Of a DNA stretch of 64,000 nt, positions 59,801 through 64,000 are shown piece after piece; positions within the stretch are counted from its first letter, which is position 1; each line of letters starts with the position of its first letter. This stretch comes from Gammaproteobacteria bacterium (lineage in GTDB: Bacteria; Pseudomonadota; Gammaproteobacteria; CBDBNL01; JAAOII01): NCBI GenBank assembly GCA_965209035.1, contig OZ242372.1:960001-1024000 (forward strand). Direction: 5' to 3'. Below the pieces are notes generated by a model. That model was given only the letters and a program-made list of their open reading frames with translations. It was not told where the DNA came from and made no database searches. The translations under genes were made by a program, and so were the position numbers.

Positions 59801-60567
59801 TTGCGACGATTCGCTCTTCTCATGCATCCGCCATTTTATTTATCGGGCGTGATGGTATTGGCGGTTTGGTCGGGCTTGGGACCTCTGCGACGATTCGCTA
59901 TGCTTATGCATCCAACAGCATGATTGGCGTCGGTGATCAAAGAAATTGTGAATGTGAGGTGACTGGCGGACTGATCGGGTACGGTCGACATGCGGATATT
60001 CGCTATGCTTATGTGTCCGGTCTCAATAACTTAGGGAAGATTGATGTCGGCGGACTGGTTGGGTCCGGTCGGAATGTGACGATTCGTTATGCTTATGTGT
60101 CCGGCGGCAGTGTTGAGGGGAGTAATCGTGATGAGGAAGGTAATAGTATTAATGGCAGTGTTGGCGGCCTGGTCGGGGATGGGTCCAACGGTCAAGTGCA
60201 TTATTCTTATGCCGCCGCCGGGCGTGTTTCAGGTGCCCGGAATGCCGGCGGCTTGATAGGCTTTGCCGGCTTTGCCGAGAATCAAACCATCGTCACTAAT
60301 TCTTATTGGGATAATCAAACCACCGAGCAGGCAACCAGTGGCGGTGATCTGGGTAATGGTCAGACCACGACAGAATTACAATCGCCGACTAGTTTCACCG
60401 GCATCTATGCATCTTGGGGTAACTTCTGGTGCAACCCGAATACCGGCGAGGAAAGGACGAGTTCTTCCCGGCCGACCGGCTTCGATCCTGTCTGGGATCT
60501 TGGCAGTAGCACGCAATACCCCGCTCTGAACTGCATGCCGGGCGGCCTCTCGGCACAAGGCAGATAG
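56854..60567 (+). CDS. TSP3/GLUG surface lipoprotein with two complete GLUG modules
   Basis: LAGC lipobox; GYELTRSL..GLUG rungs..QYP(V/A)LNC occurs twice, joined by TSP3 repeats. Confidence 0.88.
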   Translation: MMHKFNFLSVRPAYFLTSMLALLLAGCAVGGGSSGVADSCSFINNSTQNDNDLDGFTDSCDVDDNNNGLIEIRTLDDLARLRDDLDGNGTDDGNIDEITAVGSIGCPPAGCVGYELTRSLNFSLAASYKENSGNRAVWTSGSGWQPIGSCSGPDNCTAWTGVFDGGGYTLTGLFVSADNRTFGVGLFGAFAGRLQNLHLRDASVNGGALYVGSLAGYGGNAGYEYLSVTASRVMSPSAGYVGGLIGDGRNANIRYANVSGTDVAGDSDVGGLVGLGYAADIRYARTSGGSVAGNRSRVGGLVGVGLDADIRDAYVSGTNVSGRNEVGGLVGVGEEADIRNAYVSGTDVAGRNDVGGLVGVGREADIRNAYAYGGSVTGNRRVGGLVGHGSLATIRYSYAATGPVSANRSGGGLIGSVYLGAPAVTDSYWDNQTTGQPSGGVGSGSGQTTFQLQYPTGFTGIYESWGNLWCNPATGEQRTNSSQPSGFVPVWDLGRNFQYPVLNCLPVSAEQQRQNHVQDPNQDQDLDNIPNEADACPTGVTGWTSTGDTDADGDGCRDSDEDAFPTDACANIDTDNDNQPDRLVAGCATDLTEDTDDDNDSLADEADACPAGVTGWNSTDSNLDSDADGCRDSDEDRDDDNNGLMEIDNLDELALLRDDLHGEGRDSEGNLATRGCPQSGCLGYELTRSLDFEESSSYATGSANMDAWTMDDLGGWTPIGSCSAGSSSQADDCVSYTGIFDGNHYDIDHLRISADDDTNGVGLFGAVTGTIQNLDLLNVFVGGGANAVGMLAGYGSGARFQNISATGRVDSPGARSVGGLVGFGERVTIRDSDVSVFRNSVLGSGSIGGLVGHGSFVTIRDSHVSGSNKNTRSVHGRGNAGGLIGFGPSATIRDSRVTNAEISGTGSGGGLIGYGPFATIRDSRVSDVGIRGGFVGGGLIGSGSSANISYSNVSGDTFDHSRISFSNDIEGAIAGGLVGLGSFATIRSSHASAILFIGRDGIGGLVGLGTSATIRYAYASNSMIGVGDQRNCECEVTGGLIGYGRHADIRYAYVSGLNNLGKIDVGGLVGSGRNVTIRYAYVSGGSVEGSNRDEEGNSINGSVGGLVGDGSNGQVHYSYAAAGRVSGARNAGGLIGFAGFAENQTIVTNSYWDNQTTEQATSGGDLGNGQTTTELQSPTSFTGIYASWGNFWCNPNTGEERTSSSRPTGFDPVWDLGSSTQYPALNCMPGGLSAQGR

Positions 60568-60638
60568 GCGCAGGTAGGCAGGTAAGTAAGCAACATAGAA
60601 TTTTTATCCATTCAAAATTAACAACAATTAAATAAGCT

Positions 60639-62897
60639 ATGATGATCAATAAGTTTGTTTTTTACCGGTTCGGCCGGCGAGAGGAACATGCAGCCGGCTG
60701 TCACGCCCGGATGTCCAAGTCTAATCCTATTCCAAATACTCGGATCTCGTCCGGCGATGCCATGCGGGTTACCGGGCGATTTATATTGCCGCTAATGGTA
60801 GTCTCCGGTTCTTTGCGGCGACCGAAACGGTTGGCTTCTTTTTACGCTGTTTTGCTGACAGGCATGCTGGCTTTGCTTCTTGCCGGTTGTGGCGGCGGTG
60901 GTGGCGGCAGCGGCGGTGACGGCGGCAGTCCCAAAGTAGCGGATAATTGTCCGACAGTTGACAATCCGGAGCAAGAGGATAACGATACGGATGGGTTCGG
61001 TGATGCCTGTGATGCGGATGACAATAATAACGGCTTGATAGAAATTCGCACTCTGGATGAGTTGGCTCGTCTGCGCGACGATCTGAATGGCGACGGAACA
61101 GATGATGGCAATATTGACGAGATTACTGCCGTAGGTTCTGATGGTTGCCCGAGTTCCGGCTGCTTGGGTTATGAGTTGACCCGCTCGTTGAGTTTTAGTC
61201 TGGCGGCATCTTATGAGGTGAACAGTAGTAATCCGGCTGTCTGGACGAGCGGCGGCGGTTGGGAGCCGATTGGCTTCTGCTCTGTTTTGAATTTTTCCGG
61301 GGATGGTTGCGGCAACATTTACACGGGTGTGTTTGATGGCGGGGGTTATACTATTGCCGATCTGTTTGTCAATGCAAGTGATGATGCGATTGGAGTGGGA
61401 TTGTTTGGCGCGTTCGCAGGTCGTCTGCAAAATCTGCATCTCCGGGATGCGCACGTCAGTGGCGGTGACCGTTATGTGGGATCACTGGTGGGCTATGGCG
61501 CGGATGCCAATTATGAAAATCTGTCGGTTACGGATGGCAAGGTGATTGTGACGAGTTTGCTCTTCTCCTCCTACGGCGTGGGCGGACTGGTCGGCCATGG
61601 CAAGGATGCCCGCTTTGAGAGTGTGTCGGTTATCGGTGGCAATGTGATGAGTCCGTTTGCCAGCGGTGTGGGCGGGCTGGTCGGGGATGGGACCGGATCT
61701 AATATGAGTGATGCTTATGCTTCCGACGGAAATGTTTCCGGCAATAATTTTGTTGGCGGACTGATTGGGGTTGGAGAGGACACCGATATTCGCTATGCTT
61801 ATGCATCCGGCGGAAGTGTTGCCGGGAGTGGTTTTATTGGCGGAACCGGCGGACTGGTCGGGGTTGGTCTCAATGCGACGATTCGCTATGCGAATGTATC
61901 CGGCGTAACCGTTGCCGGGGTTGATCATGTTGGCGGGTTGGTCGGAGATGGGCCGAATGCGGATATTCGCCGGACGAATGTATCCGACGTAATGGTTGCC
62001 GGGGATGATCATGTTGGCGGACTGGTTGGGAACGGGCCGGATGCCAATATGAGTGATGTTCATGCTTTCGGCGGAAGTGTTGAAGGAAGAAATCATAGGG
62101 TTGGCGGACTGGTCGGGTATGGGCGGAATACGACGATTCGCTTTGCTTCCGCATCCAACGGAAGTGTTGCCGGAGATAACGATGTTGGCGGACTGGTTGG
62201 ATATGGTCAGTATGCGGATATTCGCTATGCTTATGCATCCAACGGAAGTGTTGCCGGACTAGGTAATAGGATTGGCGGACTGGTCGGGTTGGGGTCCTAT
62301 GCTAATATTCGCTCCGCCTATGTGTTCGGCACAGATATTTCCGGCACGGCAGATAGCAATGATGTTGGCGGACTGGTTGGGTTTGGTCTCGAGGCGGACA
62401 TTCGCTTTGCTTATGCATCCGGCGGAAGAGTTGCCGGACAACGTAATAGGGTTGGCGGACTGGTTGGATCTATTCGCGAACAGTCTAGCCTGGGACTGAT
62501 CCGGGTCCGGGACCCGGTCCGAGGCGGTCAAATTCATTATTCTTATGCCGCCACCGGGCCTGTTTCAGGTTCCGGTAGGCGTGTTGGCGGCTTGATAGGC
62601 CACACCGATGATCAAACCATCGTCAATGCCACCTATTGGGATACTCAAACCACCGGTCTTTCAACCAGTGACGGTGACTTGGGTCAGGGTAATAGCACGA
62701 CAGAATTACGATCGCCAACCGGCTTCACGGGGATCTATGCACCTTGGAGCAACTTCTGGTGCAACCCCGACACCGGCGAGGAAAGGGAAACTTCTACCCA
62801 ACCGACCGGCTTCGTTCGTATCTGGAGTATTGGCAGTAGTTCTCAATACCCGGCTCTGAACTGCATGCCGGGCGGTCTCTCGGTGCAACGCAGGTAG
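60639..62897 (+). CDS. TSP3/GLUG surface lipoprotein with a long rung array
   Basis: LAGC lipobox, DNCP TSP3 repeat, about 12 VGGLVG rungs, QYPALNCMPGG cap; start uncertain. Confidence 0.87.
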   Translation: MMINKFVFYRFGRREEHAAGCHARMSKSNPIPNTRISSGDAMRVTGRFILPLMVVSGSLRRPKRLASFYAVLLTGMLALLLAGCGGGGGGSGGDGGSPKVADNCPTVDNPEQEDNDTDGFGDACDADDNNNGLIEIRTLDELARLRDDLNGDGTDDGNIDEITAVGSDGCPSSGCLGYELTRSLSFSLAASYEVNSSNPAVWTSGGGWEPIGFCSVLNFSGDGCGNIYTGVFDGGGYTIADLFVNASDDAIGVGLFGAFAGRLQNLHLRDAHVSGGDRYVGSLVGYGADANYENLSVTDGKVIVTSLLFSSYGVGGLVGHGKDARFESVSVIGGNVMSPFASGVGGLVGDGTGSNMSDAYASDGNVSGNNFVGGLIGVGEDTDIRYAYASGGSVAGSGFIGGTGGLVGVGLNATIRYANVSGVTVAGVDHVGGLVGDGPNADIRRTNVSDVMVAGDDHVGGLVGNGPDANMSDVHAFGGSVEGRNHRVGGLVGYGRNTTIRFASASNGSVAGDNDVGGLVGYGQYADIRYAYASNGSVAGLGNRIGGLVGLGSYANIRSAYVFGTDISGTADSNDVGGLVGFGLEADIRFAYASGGRVAGQRNRVGGLVGSIREQSSLGLIRVRDPVRGGQIHYSYAATGPVSGSGRRVGGLIGHTDDQTIVNATYWDTQTTGLSTSDGDLGQGNSTTELRSPTGFTGIYAPWSNFWCNPDTGEERETSTQPTGFVRIWSIGSSSQYPALNCMPGGLSVQRR

Positions 62898-63084
62898 ACG
62901 CAGGTAGACGCAGGTAAGAGAGAAGGCAAAGCGGGCGAGACGGGGACGGATACGTGGTCGCGCTCGTTCCACTTCAAAAAATCTAAATGTTCTTACCGAA
63001 CATAGCGGGAATGCGATCAAAAAGCAATTCGCGCTGCTTTGGGGGATGTAATTACTGTCTTTGGGACATATAATAATTGAAATT

Positions 63085-63930
63085 ATGAATAAATCCAAAC
63101 CTTCCTCGAAGAAACTGCGATTGGGTCGTTTGTTGCCCTTGCTGGCTCTGGTCGGCGGCGGTATCCTGTTCTTCGCTCTGGACGGCCCCTCTTATATCAG
63201 TATTGACATCTTAAGAGAATACAGGCATGACCTGACGGCACGCGTGGAGGAACTGGGTTTTCTTGCGCCGCTGATTTACACTTTTTTGTATGCTCTGGTT
63301 GTCGCCTTTTCTCTGCCTGTGGGTCTGGTATTGACGCTGACCGGCGGCTTCCTGTTTGGCATAGTCACCGGGCTCATCGGCACGGTCGTAGGCGCTACCC
63401 TGGGCGCGACCGCCATCTTTCTGGCGGTGCGGATGGGTTTTGGCCCCGCCGTAGAATCTCAAAATGCCGCCTGGATCAACCGCATGCGCGCAGGCTTTCA
63501 AAAGAATGCCTTAAGTTATATGCTGGTGTTGCGGCTCATTCCGATTTTCCCCTTTGTTCTGGTTAACCTCGCGCCGGCATTATTGGGTGTTTCCCTTCCC
63601 GTCTATTTTTTCGGCACGCTGCTCGGCATCATTCCCGGCAGTTTCGTTTTCATTCTGCTCGGCAACGGCCTCGGGGCAACTTTTGATGCGGGCGGCACTC
63701 CCAATGTGGACCTGATCCTGAATCCGGAAATTCTCGCACCGCTCATCGGCTTGGCCATTCTCGCCCTGGTGCCGGTGGCATACGGAGCACTCACAAAGAA
63801 AAAAACCGCATCAAAAAAACCGCAAGATTCCAAAGTTTCCAAAGAGGCTAAATCCGCCCCCGCCCTCACCGCATCCCGAACAAAACGGCAAAAAACGGCA
63901 GGCCGCCCGAAGTCCGTCCAACGAAAATGA
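63085..63930 (+). CDS. TVP38/TMEM64 (DedA/VTT) family membrane protein
   Basis: SLP....TL.GGFLFG, GATLGA...F, LRL.PIFPF..VN, GIIPG. Confidence 0.92.
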   Translation: MNKSKPSSKKLRLGRLLPLLALVGGGILFFALDGPSYISIDILREYRHDLTARVEELGFLAPLIYTFLYALVVAFSLPVGLVLTLTGGFLFGIVTGLIGTVVGATLGATAIFLAVRMGFGPAVESQNAAWINRMRAGFQKNALSYMLVLRLIPIFPFVLVNLAPALLGVSLPVYFFGTLLGIIPGSFVFILLGNGLGATFDAGGTPNVDLILNPEILAPLIGLAILALVPVAYGALTKKKTASKKPQDSKVSKEAKSAPALTASRTKRQKTAGRPKSVQRK

Positions 63931-64000
63931 GCGACACAATTCGCACCGACATTGCAATTATCGGCGGCGGCTCCGGCGGATTAACGCTGGCAGCCGGCGC
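63927..64000 (+). CDS. FAD-dependent pyridine nucleotide-disulfide oxidoreductase, N-terminus (truncated by window)
   Basis: MSDTIRTDIAIIGGGSGGLTLAAG Rossmann motif; ATGA overlap with the TVP38 gene. Confidence 0.75.
   Translation, partial: MSDTIRTDIAIIGGGSGGLTLAAG

Noticed and set aside
1-64000. tRNA, rRNA, tmRNA, RNase P or SRP genes
   Set aside because: No diagnostic motifs recognised by eye; a covariance-model scan was not possible

Overview
64 kb of bacterial chromosome. The core genes (sspA, radA, pdxH, nagZ, large-form pstCAB-phoU, fadE, mutS, ctpA, leuS-lptE-holA, dnaJ) look gammaproteobacterial but divergent, and several normally conserved operons are broken up. This suggests a fast-evolving, possibly host-associated lineage (inference). 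About a third of the window is one expanded family of nine Cys-capped surface lipoproteins built from Ca-binding TSP3-like repeats plus GLUG-motif (VGGLxG) beta-helix rungs. Six of them sit head-to-tail (8940-20454) and are visible mosaics of each other. Their variation is concentrated at fixed positions of each rung, and their leader halves are exchanged at an invariant CAACTGCATTGCATGCAT site that encodes a CxxC motif. This is the best candidate for an undescribed surface-diversification system. Also present: a GANTC-type (HinfI/HpyAIV-like) R-M pair flanked by 70-bp direct repeats, with the nuclease frameshifted at an A7 run; an AT-rich ImmA/IrrE peptidase + orphan DNA methyltransferase islet; an IS30 remnant; a decayed methyltransferase paralog; ghost copies of gene 3' ends; and pervasive short tandem duplications and A/C-rich tracts downstream of genes. 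No rRNA, tRNA, CRISPR array, reverse transcriptase or recombinase was recognised. All alignments were made by eye and no database was searched.
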